The notes under the pieces: generated by a model | What the model saw: the letters and a program-made list of their open reading frames with translations, nothing else | The model's database searches: none | Told to the model about the DNA's origin: nothing | Shown: positions 1 through 12,174 of the stretch, in pieces | Layout of the letters: the number at the start of each line of letters is the position of its first letter | How positions within the stretch are numbered: position 1 is the stretch's first letter | Origin: an uncultured virus (IMG/VR IMGVR_UViG_3300002068_000001) | Taxonomy: Duplodnaviria > Heunggongvirae > Uroviricota > Caudoviricetes > Crassvirales | Virus record (IMG/VR): IMGVR_UViG_3300002068_000001 | Reading direction: 5' to 3' (one strand) | Length of the DNA stretch: 64,000 bases | Made by a program: the position numbers and the translations under genes

Positions 1-22
1 GGCTCAATTAAATAAATTTAAT

Positions 23-340
23 ATGAATATAATTAAAAGAATTCAAGCACCCACTCCTGATAAATATAAGAAATGGGCTAAACTATTTAGAGATATCTCT
101 CTTTCTCTAGGAGCAGGTATCGCAGCATGTGCTGCATTTGGATTACATTCGACTATAATTATGGTTGTAGGTATTGTAACTTTTGTAACTACTTCTATAT
201 CAACCTTTTTGTTTGCACAAGTAGAACCTCCTGTAGTGGATAAAGTCATTGTGGTTGAACCAAAAGGAGAGGTTACAGAATCACCCGTTGCTGAACAAGC
301 GATTGTAGTTGAAGTAAAAACTGAAGAACTAAAAAAATAA
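23..340 (+). CDS. Small two-TM membrane protein, putative holin (Bacteroidota-phage 'APTP' type)
   Basis: N-terminal RIQAPTPDKYKK, two hydrophobic helices, acidic tail; no TAG. Confidence 0.5.
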   Translation: MNIIKRIQAPTPDKYKKWAKLFRDISLSLGAGIAACAAFGLHSTIIMVVGIVTFVTTSISTFLFAQVEPPVVDKVIVVEPKGEVTESPVAEQAIVVEVKTEELKK

Positions 341-342
341 AA

Positions 343-1263
343 ATGGCAGAATTAAAACAAGTTATTGAAGTAATGAATAAAAAACCCTATTTATTAAATA
401 TGGGGGCTGGTTCATTGGCAAGAATTTTTAAGACTACAAGAGATACTATTTACCAAGCTAAAAAGTTAATCAGAAAAGAGACGATTCATATCCCTAAGAT
501 TCTTATCCTAGACATTGAAACCTCTCCTCTTAAAGCTTATGTATGGGGTAGATGGCAGCAGAATATTTATTTAGATCAAACTATAGGAGAGTGGTTCTGT
601 TTATCTTGGTCTGCTAAATGGTTGTTTGCAGTTGATGTAATGTCAGATGTATTGACTCCAGAAGAAGTTAAAGTAGAGGATGATGCAAGGATTATGAAAT
701 CTCTTTGGAAGGTAATGAATGAAGCGGATATTATAATTGCCCACAATGGTAATAATTTTGACATACCTAAAATCAATAGTAGGTTCCTATTAAATGGTTT
801 GAATCCTACTAAACCTTATCAACAGATTGATACTCTGCAAGTTGTGAAAAAGCAATTTGGATTCAGTTCTAATAAGTTAGATGCTCTTGCAGGATACTTT
901 GGAATTGACCATAAACTTCACACTGGATTTGAATTGTGGTCTAAATGTTTAGATGGGGATCAAGAGTCTTTGACTTATATGAATGTATACAATGAGAAAG
1001 ATGTAGAAATCCTAGAGGAAGTCTATTTAAAACTAAGACCTTGGATTAAAAATCATCCAAATGTGGGTATGTATATTGACTCTAACGAACCCGTTTGTGC
1101 AAATTGTGGTAGTACTTATATTACTAAAATAGATGGATATCACTACACCCAAACAGCTAAATACGAGTTGTTTAGATGCAAATGTGGAGCTGTAAGTAGA
1201 GGTAGGGTCAATATGTTACCCAAAGAAAAAATGAAATCATTAATAACAAGAATTCCAAAATAA
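343..1263 (+). CDS. DnaQ/RNase H-like 3'-5' exonuclease with C-terminal Zn ribbon
   Basis: ILDIETS (ExoI), AHNGNNFD (ExoII), YNEKDV (ExoIII); CANC...CKCG. Confidence 0.8.
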   Translation: MAELKQVIEVMNKKPYLLNMGAGSLARIFKTTRDTIYQAKKLIRKETIHIPKILILDIETSPLKAYVWGRWQQNIYLDQTIGEWFCLSWSAKWLFAVDVMSDVLTPEEVKVEDDARIMKSLWKVMNEADIIIAHNGNNFDIPKINSRFLLNGLNPTKPYQQIDTLQVVKKQFGFSSNKLDALAGYFGIDHKLHTGFELWSKCLDGDQESLTYMNVYNEKDVEILEEVYLKLRPWIKNHPNVGMYIDSNEPVCANCGSTYITKIDGYHYTQTAKYELFRCKCGAVSRGRVNMLPKEKMKSLITRIPK

Positions 1264-1264
1264 A

Positions 1265-1690
1265 ATGGACACACTTTTTGAAGAATATAAAGATAAAGAA
1301 TTGGTCAACTCTGGAGTAGGATACTTCATCAATTACCTAAACATCCTAGAGGGATACAAAACCAAAATTAAAAATATGCACTGGGCTGCATTTGGTCTAA
1401 ACATTCATGTGAAACTAGACGACCTATTAGGGACTCTAGATGGTTATCAAGACTCTATTGCAGAAGACTGTATGGGAATTTATGGTAAGATGGCTCCTAA
1501 TGTAATTTCAGGAGTTGCTTGCTCGCATATTGATCCCCTATCCACATTGGAAGGGTTAAAAGAAAAGGTAATTACATTCTACGATGGACTTGAAATTAAA
1601 GCAGAAATGTCAGGAATCAAGAGTGAAACAGAAGTGTTTATTCATGATTTGAATAAGTTCACATATTTGTTTAAACTATCAAAAGGTTAA
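1265..1690 (+). CDS. Ferritin/Dps-like four-helix-bundle protein
   Basis: MHW...IHVKLDD...QDSIAE resembles the Dps ferroxidase motif. Confidence 0.65.
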   Translation: MDTLFEEYKDKELVNSGVGYFINYLNILEGYKTKIKNMHWAAFGLNIHVKLDDLLGTLDGYQDSIAEDCMGIYGKMAPNVISGVACSHIDPLSTLEGLKEKVITFYDGLEIKAEMSGIKSETEVFIHDLNKFTYLFKLSKG

Positions 1691-1697
1691 TACGGCA

Positions 1698-1844
1698 ATG
1701 GGAGAGTAGAAAATGAAAGTATTTCAAGCAGATACATATAGGGAGATATGTAATTTTGTAAATGAGAATAACCTTAGTAAGGAAAATCTATTTCAGATAG
1801 TAAGAGAAGGAGAGAAGTCTTATACACTTATATACTTTAAGTAA
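1698..1844 (+). CDS. Small hypothetical protein (48 aa if TAG=Gln at codon 4; alternative start 1713)
   Basis: Fills the intergenic gap; TAA overlaps the ATG of the next gene. Confidence 0.5.
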
Positions 1845-2140
1845 TGGAAGAAGAAGTAATTGAAAGAGAGCCAATGACTCAAGAAGAGTTTGAGAAGTAT
1901 TTAAATGATACTAGAGGACTTAAAACATTTGAAGCAATAAGTAAGTTCAAATCAGTCAATAGAGCTATCAAGAGAGGGCATGTGACTAATATAGGAATGA
2001 TTGCTCCAGATAAACCTTTTAACAATAGAGGAAATACTAGTAAGAGAACAGGAATACATAGCAGAGTAACTAACGAATTAAAGAAACAAATATATGGAAG
2101 GTATCTAGAGCATCTAGAGAATGTCGGACTACAACAATGA
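1844..2140 (+). CDS. Hypothetical protein
   Basis: ORF packed between coupled neighbours. Confidence 0.7.
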   Translation: MEEEVIEREPMTQEEFEKYLNDTRGLKTFEAISKFKSVNRAIKRGHVTNIGMIAPDKPFNNRGNTSKRTGIHSRVTNELKKQIYGRYLEHLENVGLQQ

Positions 2141-2306
2141 ACCAGTAACCTACTGTAAGAATTGTTTATCTCTAGCTATAAGAATTATTGATGAATCAGA
2201 TTACTGTGATGATTGTGGTAACACAGATACAGTAACAGTAGATTTTATTACATGGGAAAACATGTATGAACAAAAATATGGTACAAAATTTTTAAATAAA
2301 AAATAA
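2121..2306 (+). CDS. Small Zn-ribbon protein
   Basis: CKNC...CDDC. Confidence 0.7.
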   Translation: MSDYNNEPVTYCKNCLSLAIRIIDESDYCDDCGNTDTVTVDFITWENMYEQKYGTKFLNKK

Positions 2307-2307
2307 A

Positions 2308-2583
2308 ATGGCAAAAGAAGTTAACAAGGCAAAGGAAGAAAAAATGTCTTATGAGGAATTAAATAATGTAGCCCATCAACTTAGTGAACAATCTAAAACA
2401 TTGTATACCAAGTTGCAAGAAGCTAATATGACTAATGCATTTAAGCGTTTGGATTATTTGTTTAAAGTATTGGAATTCTCTGATTACTTTCTACCAGAAT
2501 TTGTAGCAACATCTGCTGCAGAGATTACTGCAATCATTACTCTACCAGAGGTAGAACCTGAAGTAGAACCTGAAACTGTATAA
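2308..2583 (+). CDS. Hypothetical coiled-coil protein
   Basis: ORF in tight operon. Confidence 0.7.
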   Translation: MAKEVNKAKEEKMSYEELNNVAHQLSEQSKTLYTKLQEANMTNAFKRLDYLFKVLEFSDYFLPEFVATSAAEITAIITLPEVEPEVEPETV

Positions 2584-2588
2584 GAACC

Positions 2589-2972
2589 ATGAGTAAGAAT
2601 GCTAACAATGTAGTACGCATTCCTACATCAATAGATGGTAAATTTTTTAGATATTGGTTTGAATTTTTACAACCCTTTCACCACTTAACTGAGAGAGAAA
2701 TTGATGTTATCACTGCTTTTGTAAAAGAGCGACATGCCTTGAGTAAGGTAATTAAAGATGATGACATATTGGATAGAGTAACAATGAGTGATGAAACTAA
2801 ACGTAAAGTTAGAGAGGAATGTAAAATAAGTCTTGCCCATTTTCAAGTGATTATGGGTAAACTAAGAAAAGGTAAAGTTATATTGGATAATAAGATTAAC
2901 CCTAGATTTATTCCTACTATAGAAGAAGATGAAGGGACATTTAAACTATTAATACTATTTGAATTGAAATGA
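2589..2972 (+). CDS. Hypothetical protein, possible winged-helix DNA-binding protein
   Basis: LTEREIDV...ISLAHFQVIMGKLRKGKVI pattern. Confidence 0.6.
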   Translation: MSKNANNVVRIPTSIDGKFFRYWFEFLQPFHHLTEREIDVITAFVKERHALSKVIKDDDILDRVTMSDETKRKVREECKISLAHFQVIMGKLRKGKVILDNKINPRFIPTIEEDEGTFKLLILFELK

Positions 2973-3292
2973 AATACTCATTTGTGTTTGATTAGATTTC
3001 AAAAGAATTAAATATCCCAATAGATGAAGTAAGTAAGGCATATGTGTCTTATTGGTAGTTTATAAAAGAGACTATTAAAACTTTACCATTAAAAGAAGAT
3101 TTAACTGAAGAAGAGTTTTCTAAGTTAAGAACCAATTTTAATTTACCATCTTTGGGCAATTTAAATTGTACCTATGAAGGAATGACTAGAATAAAGGAGA
3201 GAAACAAAAAATTAATTGAATTAAAGAATGCTAAAGATAAAGAAAATCAGGCCCATGTTTACAGCGTTGATAACATCGATGGAAAAGTATGA
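2969..3292 (+). CDS. IHF/HU-like DNA-binding protein (2 TAG=Gln)
   Basis: ATGA overlap with upstream gene; MKYSFVFDQISKELNIPIDEVSKAY...NFNLPSLGNL; missing from the ORF track because of TAGs. Confidence 0.7.
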
Positions 3293-3659
3293 GGCCGATA
3301 GATATACAACTGGTGGAATTATAGATCCCACAAAAACAAAGACAGGACTAAAAGAATATCAAAAAGTAATTGCTATTGGTGGTGCTGTACGAGAGATTAA
3401 AGTAGATGATTTGGTATGTATTAATCCTACCCGATTCGCAGTAAAGAAACACAAGGAAGGCTCTCTACAAGATGGTGTGTTAGGAGACAATGTGACAACT
3501 AGTTATAATTTTGATGTGGTTACAATGAATGATATTCAATATCTTCTTTTACAGGATCGAGATGTGGAGTTCATTGTGGAAGATTTTGAAGAGGTTGCCG
3601 ATCCAGAACCCGTGGTTCAAAAGGTAATTCTCCCACCTAAAAAGAGTATTATTATTTAA
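3228..3659 (+). CDS. GroES/Cpn10-like co-chaperonin
   Basis: KIRPM...TTGGIIDP...KVIAIGGAVREIKVDDLV...YLLLQDRDV. Confidence 0.7.
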   Translation: MLKIKKIRPMFTALITSMEKYEADRYTTGGIIDPTKTKTGLKEYQKVIAIGGAVREIKVDDLVCINPTRFAVKKHKEGSLQDGVLGDNVTTSYNFDVVTMNDIQYLLLQDRDVEFIVEDFEEVADPEPVVQKVILPPKKSIII

Positions 3660-3664
3660 TAATC

Positions 3665-3695
3665 AGAGCCTGTTATTAACTTAACAGGCTTTTTT
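3665..3695 (+). terminator. Intrinsic terminator
   Basis: AGCCTGTTA/TAACAGGCT stem followed by T-run. Confidence 0.8.
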
Positions 3696-3708
3696 ACATA
3701 TAAACAAA

Positions 3709-4263
3709 GTGATTAAACTATTCAAATATGAGGGATTCAAAATTTCAATTGAACCCGAAGCACTAATGCTTAAACCCTTTAGACAGATTTGGAATCGAGA
3801 TAGGGGTGTAAACAAAGATAAAGCTCTTTTAGAATTAGCATATATATACTTTTTTGCAGATCCTAGAAGTGACTATCAATACATCACTGATGAAGAGGAT
3901 AGAAAGAATGCAATTAAAGAAGGAGAAGGATTACCAAGTAATTGGAAACCAGATGCTTAGATTGAAGAAGCTTTATAGTTCTACATAAGTTTTAAACCTA
4001 CTTCTGTACTCCTATTAGAGGATACGAGATATGCAGTTGATAAATTGAGAACCCTACTTAGGAATATAGACTTAACTGAAACAGATGAAAGAGGGAAACC
4101 TATCTACACATTAAATACAGTCACTGCAACAATTAAACAAATACCTAGTTTGGCTAAGGATTTAGATGAGGCTGAAAAAGCAATTGCATCTGAACTTAGA
4201 GAGATTGGTAAAATGCGAGGTCAAGGATAGAAGTCTATCTTTGAGGATTCACTAAATGGTTAA
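3709..4263 (+). CDS. Conserved crAss-like protein upstream of TerL (possible small terminase subunit), TAG=Gln
   Basis: ORF fragments 3709 and 4045 share a frame separated only by TAGs; ends TAA 4261-4263. Confidence 0.7.
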
Positions 4264-4265
4264 TT

Positions 4266-6548
4266 ATGAATATACAAGTTAATAAATATTAGACTGAGAT
4301 TACCGATGAATTACTCACTACACTTCCACAAGAGGTGTAGGATTAGTTGATTGATGTATTAAACAATGTACCATTTGTTAGGACTCTTATAGATCCTAAA
4401 AGAGGTTATGCTAAGGATAGACCTAGAGATAAATCTGGTAGAATTGTAGTTGATTTGGTTAATCCACATATACTACAAGATATGGATTATTTTAGACCTA
4501 CAGCACTCTTCTTCAAGAAACATAAGGTACTAACCACATTAAAGCCAAATGCAAGTCCTAATTCTGAATTTGGTAAATGGATACGTCAAGAAAGAGATAG
4601 ATGCTGGAATGGGTATGTGAGAGAGTCTGATGGTGAGTGGGTGACAGGGTTGATGTACTTCTATTTGAACTATTGTCCTATTATGCTTTCAGAAATCATT
4701 GAAGGGACTAAACGTGCTAATCGTATTGAAGATTTCCCACATGTATGGGAAGGAGTATATTGGAGATTCCACTATAAGGATTAGTCTAAAAATGGGGGTC
4801 TCTACAATGATTGGGAAGGTGGGCAGCACTGTGCTGAATTAGCTAGTCGTGGTAAATCTAAATCTTATTGTTTAGCCTCTATTCTTGCACACAACATTGT
4901 AATTGGTGAGAATGAAATTGCTCATGAAAAAACAATGTCAGTAATTACAGCATCTACAAAAGAGTATCTATCTGGTAAGGATGGTACTCTAAGTAAGTTT
5001 GTACCTATGCTTGACTTCTGTGCAGAACATACACAGTTTCCTAGGAAGCGTCTTAGAGATAGTATGCAAGAAATGATTTGGCGAATAGGTTATAAAGATT
5101 CAGAGTTAGGTATTGAAAAGGGTACTCGTAATTCAGTAATTGGTGTATCCTCTAATGACGATGAATCTAAGTTGCGTGGTAAGCGTGCTTGTGACATTCT
5201 CATTGAGGAAATGGGTACATTCCCTAGACTCTTGGATTTGTACAATGTACTTTTGCCATCTGTATAGGAAGGTGATATTGCGTTTGGATAGATCTATATG
5301 TTGGGTACGGCTGGGGATGATGAATCTGACTTTGCTGGGGCATAGGAAATCATGTATAATCCTAAAGGATATAACATGTATGCACTACCAAATGTGTTTG
5401 ATAAATTTAACCAAGGACGAAAAGACTTTGTATTCTTCTTTCCTGGATATATTAACAGGAAGGATTGTATGAATAAAGATGGAGTATCTGATGTAATTAG
5501 TGCTCTTATATAGATTTTAAAGAACAGATTTAGAGTTAAATATAACTCATCTGATCCTAATACAATCATTAAAACCATTGCTGAAATACCTATTACTCCC
5601 GCTGAAGCTATTGTCAAAGTTGGAGTAAATATGTTTCCAATGGCTGATTTGACTGAACGATTAGTTCAATTAGATACTAATCCTAGAGAATATGATGATG
5701 TATTTGTAGGTGAATTAGCTTTAGGTAAGACTGGAGAAATTGAATTTAGGATTAGTAATGAACTACCAATACGAGAATTTCCACACAAGGACAATAAAAT
5801 TCATGGAGCTTTAGAGATTTATAAGATGCCTGAAAAGGATAAACAAGGTAAGATTTTTGCAAATAGATATATATTGAGTGCTGACCCATATGATGATGAT
5901 GCTGCTGATACTTTATCTTTAGGTTCTATATTTGTATTAGACTTATGGACAGACAATTACGTTGCTGAATATACAGGCAGACCTTAGTATGCTGATGACT
6001 TCTATGAAATGGCTAGACGACTTTGTCTATTCTACAATGGACGAATGAATTATGAAAATAATAAAAAGGGTCTATTTGCTTATTTCTCAAGGATGAATAG
6101 TTTGTATCTATTGACAGATATATTAGACTTTCTAAAGGATAAAGATATGATTAAAGGAAGTGCATTTGGGAATAAGGCTAAAGGTACTGTGGCTACAGCT
6201 CCTATAAATGCGTATGGAAGAACCCTTTTACGAAATTGGTTACTCAAACCTATTGTTAGAGTTGAGTTGATTGATGGTGAGGAATAGGAAGTCACTATGC
6301 CTAACTTATTCAACATTAGATGTAGAGCACTGATTAAAGAACTTATAGGATATAATTCTGAAGGTAACTTTGATAGGGTGTCTTCTAATATAATGCTGAT
6401 GCTTCTAAGAGAGGATAAAATGATTATGTATAATGGAAATCTACTTTCATCCCGATCTGATGAGTCAGAAGCAAGCTATTTAGGGAACGATTAGTTCTTT
6501 AAAGTTAATTATGATTAGAGATTTGGAGATGTATTTAATAAAAAGTAA
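4266..6548 (+). CDS. terL: Terminase large subunit (760 aa, TAG=Gln)
   Basis: Five same-frame fragments joined through TAG; Walker A ASRGKSKS, Walker B ILIEEMG, nuclease SADPYDDD. Confidence 0.93.
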
Positions 6549-6577
6549 TGGTGTGTATAAATAAAAAATTTATAGTA

Positions 6578-6608
6578 TTGCATATATTGTATTTTTTACC
6601 TAATTTTG
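6578..6608 (+). promoter_or_regulatory. Bacteroidota sigmaA-type promoter for portal operon
   Basis: TTG-N20-TAATTTTG (-33/-7 consensus TAnnTTTG). Confidence 0.65.
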
Positions 6609-6630
6609 CATAGACTCAAAATAATATATT

Positions 6631-9057
6631 ATGTCTGGTTTAGTAAACTTTCCACCACAATAGTTACCCTTTAGTAAGAAGAATAAAGAATGGAGGCGCA
6701 AATGCGTCAAATGGGCAGATTCCAAAACATTCTTTAATTATAGTCTTGTAAGAAAGACTGTCATTCACAAAAAAATCAATTATGATTTACTGAATGGTAA
6801 GATACATATGTCTGATTTAGAATTAGTTCTGAATCCAGAGAATGTGAGAGCTGGTTATGTGCCAGACAAAATTCAACATTACCCTATAATCAATTCAAAA
6901 TTGAATGTACTTAGGGGAGAGGAATCAAAACGATTATTTGATTTCAAAGTTGTTGTGACTAATCCTAATGCAATCTCTGAAATTGAAGAGAATAAGAAGA
7001 AACAAATTGTATAGAATCTCTAGCAATTGGTTTCAAATAACTCATAGAGTCAAGACGAATATGATTAGTCACTCAATAAAATGAATGACTATTTCACATA
7101 CGACTGGTAGGATATGAGAGAAGTTAGGGGTAATGCGTTATTGAATCATTATATAAAAGAGTATAATATTCCATTCTTATTTAATCAAGGATTCATGGAT
7201 GGTATGATTACTGGTGAAGAAATTTATCAGTGTGATATTATAGGTGGTGAACCAACTCTTGAAAGAGTTAATCCATTGAAAATCAGAGTGTTTAAATCTG
7301 GTTATTCAAATAGAATTGAAGATGCTGATATTATATTAATAGAAGACTATTGGAGTCCTAGTAAAGTTATAGATACATTCTATGATGTGCTTACCAAAAA
7401 GGATATTGATTATATTGATAAGATGCCCGACCATGTAGGATAGGCTGCAGTAGATTCTATGGATAATATAGATGAACGATTTGGTTATGTAAACAATAAT
7501 ATGGTTGGTGAAGAGTTATCTAGTAATGGATTTTACTTTGATCCAATGAATCTATTTTCAGATTCTATATCTAATACATTACTTCCATATGATTTGGCCG
7601 GCAATTTGAGGGTTGTCAAAATGTATTGGAAGTCTAAAAGAAAGATTAAAAAGGTTAAATCTTATGATCCTCAAGATGGGTCAGAGGTATTTACCTTTTA
7701 CCCAGAGACTTATGAAACTAATAAGGACATGGGTGAAGAAGAATTTATATATTATATTAATGAAGCATGGGAAGGTACTCATATTGGTGATGACATATAT
7801 GTAAATATGCGTCCCAGAGTAATTCAATACAATAGATTAAGTAATCCATCGAGATGTCATTTTGGTATTGTTGGATCAATCTATAATTTAAATGATAGTA
7901 GACCATTCTCTCTTGTAGATATGATGAAACCATACAATTACTTATATGATGCAATTCACGATAGATTAAATAAAGCAATGGCTGCTAATTGGGGTAAAAT
8001 TGTATCCTTAGATTTAGCTAAAGTTCCTAAAGGATGGGATGTAGAGAAATGGATGTATTATGCAAAAGTGAATCATATCTCTGTAACAGATAGTTTTAAA
8101 GAAGGTAATATTGGTGCTGCTACAGGAAAACTCGCTGGAGCCATGAATAATGCTTCTAACGGAGTGATTGATGCAGAAACAGGTAATTACATAGAACAAC
8201 AAATAAACCTCTTAGCATTCATTAAAATGGAAATGGGAGAGGTTGCTGGTATATCACCATAGAGAGAAGGACAAGTAAGTAATAGAGAAACTGTAGGTGG
8301 GGTTGAAAGATCTAATCTGCAATCCTCACATATAACTGAATGGTTGTTTGTTATACATGAAGATGTAAAGAAAAGAGTCTTAGAAGCATTTCTTGAAACG
8401 GCTAAAATAGCATTGAAGGGAAGAAGTAAGAAGTTCCAATATATCCTATCAGACGGTTCCATGAAAATGATGGACATTGATGGAGATGAATTTGCTGAAT
8501 CTGATTATGGGTTAGTAGTAGACAATGGTAATGGAATGCAATAGTTATCTGCTAAATTAGACACACTTGCTCAAGCGGCTTTATAGAATCAAACACTTTC
8601 TTTTTCAACAATCATGAAATTGTATAGTTCTAGTTCTATCTCTGAGAAACAAAGACTTATTGAAAAGGATGAAAAATCCATATAGGAAAGATAGGCATAG
8701 GCACAATAGGCAGAACAATAGGCTCAATAGCAACTGATACAAACACAGAATGAATTTAAGATACAAGAACTTCAATAGAAGGAATCTGCGAATATAAGAG
8801 ATAATGAAACTAAACTTTTGATTGCACATATTGGTGCAAATGCAAATGCAGAACCAGTTGATGATGGAATTCAAGAACCAGAAGAATACTCATAGAAAGA
8901 TAAAGATGTCTTATACGAGAAAATTCGCCAATTTGATTTGAAGTTAGCACATGATAAATAGGTTCACACAGATGATGTGAATCTAAAGGAGAAGGATTTG
9001 GCTATTAAGAAAATACAAAAGAAAACAGTAAATAATTTATATGGGAACAATAATTGA
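6631..9057 (+). CDS. Portal protein (808 aa, TAG=Gln)
   Basis: Same-frame fragments 6808/7114/7459/8344; position after TerL; QHYPIINSKLNVLRGEE, WINEAWEG-like and QREGQVSNRETVGGVERS motifs typical of crAss portals. Confidence 0.9.
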
Positions 9058-11236
9058 AAAAATTGTAAAATCTAGTTATCCTCCTGATAACATTAATGTG
9101 ATGTGGTTAAAAGAAGGGCCTATTGAAAATACATTGTGGGCTTTTGGAGATACTGGTTGGGAAAAAGTAGCTCTCACAGAAAGAGAAATTAATGATATTT
9201 TAGTGGAAATGAATACTGCTAAAGATGACGCATTATAGAGCGAAAATAATGCACATAACCACGATTTAAGTGCAGGAACACATGAAACGAATTCAGGTAT
9301 AAATGCATAGACCGCAACTACACAAGCGGGGATTGCAACAACTAAAGCAGGAGAAGCAAGTGCTGACCGTATTTTAGCACAGACCGCACAGACCGCATCC
9401 GAAACAGCCCAAGGCATTACCGAAGACGCAGAAGCCCAAACATTGCTTTATAGGGATGCAGCCGCAGCGATTGTTTCAGGTGGGCCGAAAGGCGTCTATG
9501 CGGATTTAGCGGCTTTAAACACGGCAGACCCCGACCATGCTTATACTTACGTCACTATTGATGATGGCAAGTGGAATTATTTCAGTGGTGCAGCTTTTGA
9601 GGCTGGGGGTGATTATCAGACGGCTTTGGGGGTTGAGCAAACGGTTACTACAAGTTTAGTGAATGTACCGTGTGGAAATGCGGTGAATGTTATGTGGGAT
9701 ACCCAATACCCATGTTTCGCAAGATATAATAGCGATTTAAGCACATTGGACTCATTGGGGCCAGATGGTATAATACGTAGAAGGGAGTACTATAAGGCAT
9801 TTAAACAATTAAATCTTATCGGATTTGATTCTTCGCTACCACATAAGATTAAATTGTTATTTATTGATTATTCCGTTGATCATTATTATCGCATAATTAT
9901 TTCGGCTTTTTCGGGAGGATCTTGGTCTGACGTTTTCGATACGGGGTCTAAAACAAAGGCTTCATTGGGTATTGTTGATGGGGTTGCATTTATTTGGGAT
10001 GCGACGGTAGGCGTAAAACGTATGATCGCTCAAATAGATTTTGATGATTTACCCTTAAATACAGCATTCAATTTAAATGCGACAGAACCGGACTTAATTA
10101 TTGGTAATAATTGCTTTAAACAAAGCCCGTTATTAACGCTTGGAACATCGATACAAGAACCCGCAAGCCAAAAAACTTTATCGGACAATTTTACAAAATT
10201 AGCAGATAATACATATCAATTTAAAAATGCTGATTTAGCGGCGAACGTTGGATATACATCCGGTTGGTTTTTATATACCAATGGAGTAGAGACTTCTAAT
10301 GCTGGGTATGATTTAACTGGATATATCAATATAAAGGGGCAAGCAAACATAACGGTTAGCGGGCACTCACCGAATGATAATACATATTTATGTTTTTACG
10401 ATAAATATTATAATACATTGCCGACAATGTACGAAGCGGGTGCGGCAAATGCTACGCTCACAAGACCTACGAGCGCAGTTTATTTACGGGGGTCAGTATT
10501 GACGGGTGCAAAATTAGTGGTCATTGCCAATTATGATTATGATATTCTTTCTGAAACTATAGAGGATGCCAATAAGACTAAATTTTTAGTATCTGAATAT
10601 TGTAAAGCCATTTTTGATACGGCTATCTGTATTGGCGATAGTATCACGGCCGGTGTACGTGATCATGTAACGTTCCCAAATCAATCATACCCTCATTATT
10701 TAGCGAAACTGACAGGGTGGACGGTTGAAAATTCAGGAGTTGGGGGGTACACGCCTAAAACGTGGTATTTAAATAAGTTTGCACTTTATGATTATGCAGA
10801 CTACGATGTTGCGGTTATTCATTTGGGAGAAAACGAAGGACTAACAGATACTATTGTGGCTGATACGGTTTCTGGAGATTATAATACTTACGCTGACACG
10901 AATACGGGTACCTATTGTAAGATTATTGAAGCAATGTTGGCGCAAAATGCCAATTTGAAAATAATGCTCCTCTCAAGAATACCAGGGAGTACAAGCGGAA
11001 CGGGAACATGGGATGTTGTTTACAAAATTGGGGCAAAATATGGTATTCCTGTTGTCAATTTTACGGAAAACGATATTGATGTTTTGACAAATGCGGACTA
11101 CCACCCCGATTTGCCCGGCGATAATACACATTTTGGAACAATCGGGTATTTGGCATTGGCGAATGTTGTGTTTAAATCATTGGTAAAATATATATTTGAT
11201 AATAAAAGCCTTTTTTCAGCGTATAAGATGAGTTGA
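9041..11236 (+). CDS. Fibre/spike-like protein with C-terminal SGNH/GDSL hydrolase (731 aa; 2 TAG near N-terminus)
   Basis: 9041 and 9443 fragments in frame; Ala/Thr-rich stalk; SGNH blocks GDSIT, NSGVGG, LGEN, DNTH. Confidence 0.8.
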
Positions 11237-11401
11237 GAATATCTAATTAAGAATTTAAAAGTAGCTCACGCCATCCACACGCCAAAAATAAACTGACCCA
11301 ATATGCCCAAATCCTCAACCCTCTCCACCCTCGCCCAAACTTGCATCTCTGAAATTCATGGAGCAATGAAAGCGGCTGGGTTTATTAATTAATTTAAAAT
11401 A

Positions 11402-11431
11402 AACTATGAGTGGGGAAATCTACTCATAGTT
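11402..11431 (+). terminator. Hairpin between fibre gene and lysis cassette
   Basis: AACTATGAGT...ACTCATAGTT inverted repeat; weak T-tail. Confidence 0.5.
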
Positions 11432-11450
11432 ATAAACTAAATAAAATAAA

Positions 11451-12131
11451 ATGAAAAAAATACTCGATTTCATAAAAAAATATTGGAAATGGGTTAGTAT
11501 AGGTTTATGTGGTTTATTAATATTCATCACATTTACCTGTAGTAATGCAAATTATAAATAGACTTAGAAATTACTCTTTTAGACAGAATTATAGAATGCT
11601 ACACAAACGTTAAGGGATTCTATTACAGACGCAAATAATAAATAGTTGATAATCTTATAGGACAGTATTTAGAAAATAGAAAAAGCTAAGAGTGATGCAG
11701 CTAAAAAGAAAGCAGATTAGTGGGAATCTAAAGCGAATGGTTTAAATAAATAGAACTAGGGTCTATAGAAAAAAGTAAAAGATCTCTTGACTCAATATGG
11801 AGACTCCTTAGATGCAGGTTGTATAGAAGTAGTTAATGCATATCAGAATTAGGTAGAGGGTCTTATAGATGAGAATTATGCCCTTGGAGAGGCAGTTAAT
11901 GAATTAGATTTAGTAGTTACTGCAGATAGTATAGGATGGGGTTCTTGTAACAAAGAGAATCTTATAAAAGATTAGACAATTAAAAGTAAAGTGGATTTAC
12001 TGAAAGTTAGAGAAGATTTAAACAATGATTTGAAGAAACAATTAACAAAACAAAATAATTGGTTCAATAAGAATAAAGGATGGATAGGATTGGGTACGGG
12101 AATAGTTTTAGGCATATTAATTACCAAATAA
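11451..12131 (+). CDS. Spanin-like protein (N-terminal signal/TM + Cys, coiled coil, C-terminal TM), 226 aa, 13 TAG=Gln
   Basis: MKKILDFIKKYWKWVSIGLCGLLIFITFTC...KGWIGLGTGIVLGILITK; adjacent to endolysin. Confidence 0.65.
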
Positions 12132-12174
12132 ACTAATCTTATAATTTTAAAACACTTATAAAAATGAGGACAAT

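Noticed and set aside
8680..8735. Short TAGGC tandem-like repeats in the portal 3' region
   Set aside because: They encode a Gln/Ala-rich coiled coil (QERQAQAQQAEQQAQQQ) under code 15; not a CRISPR array or DNA repeat
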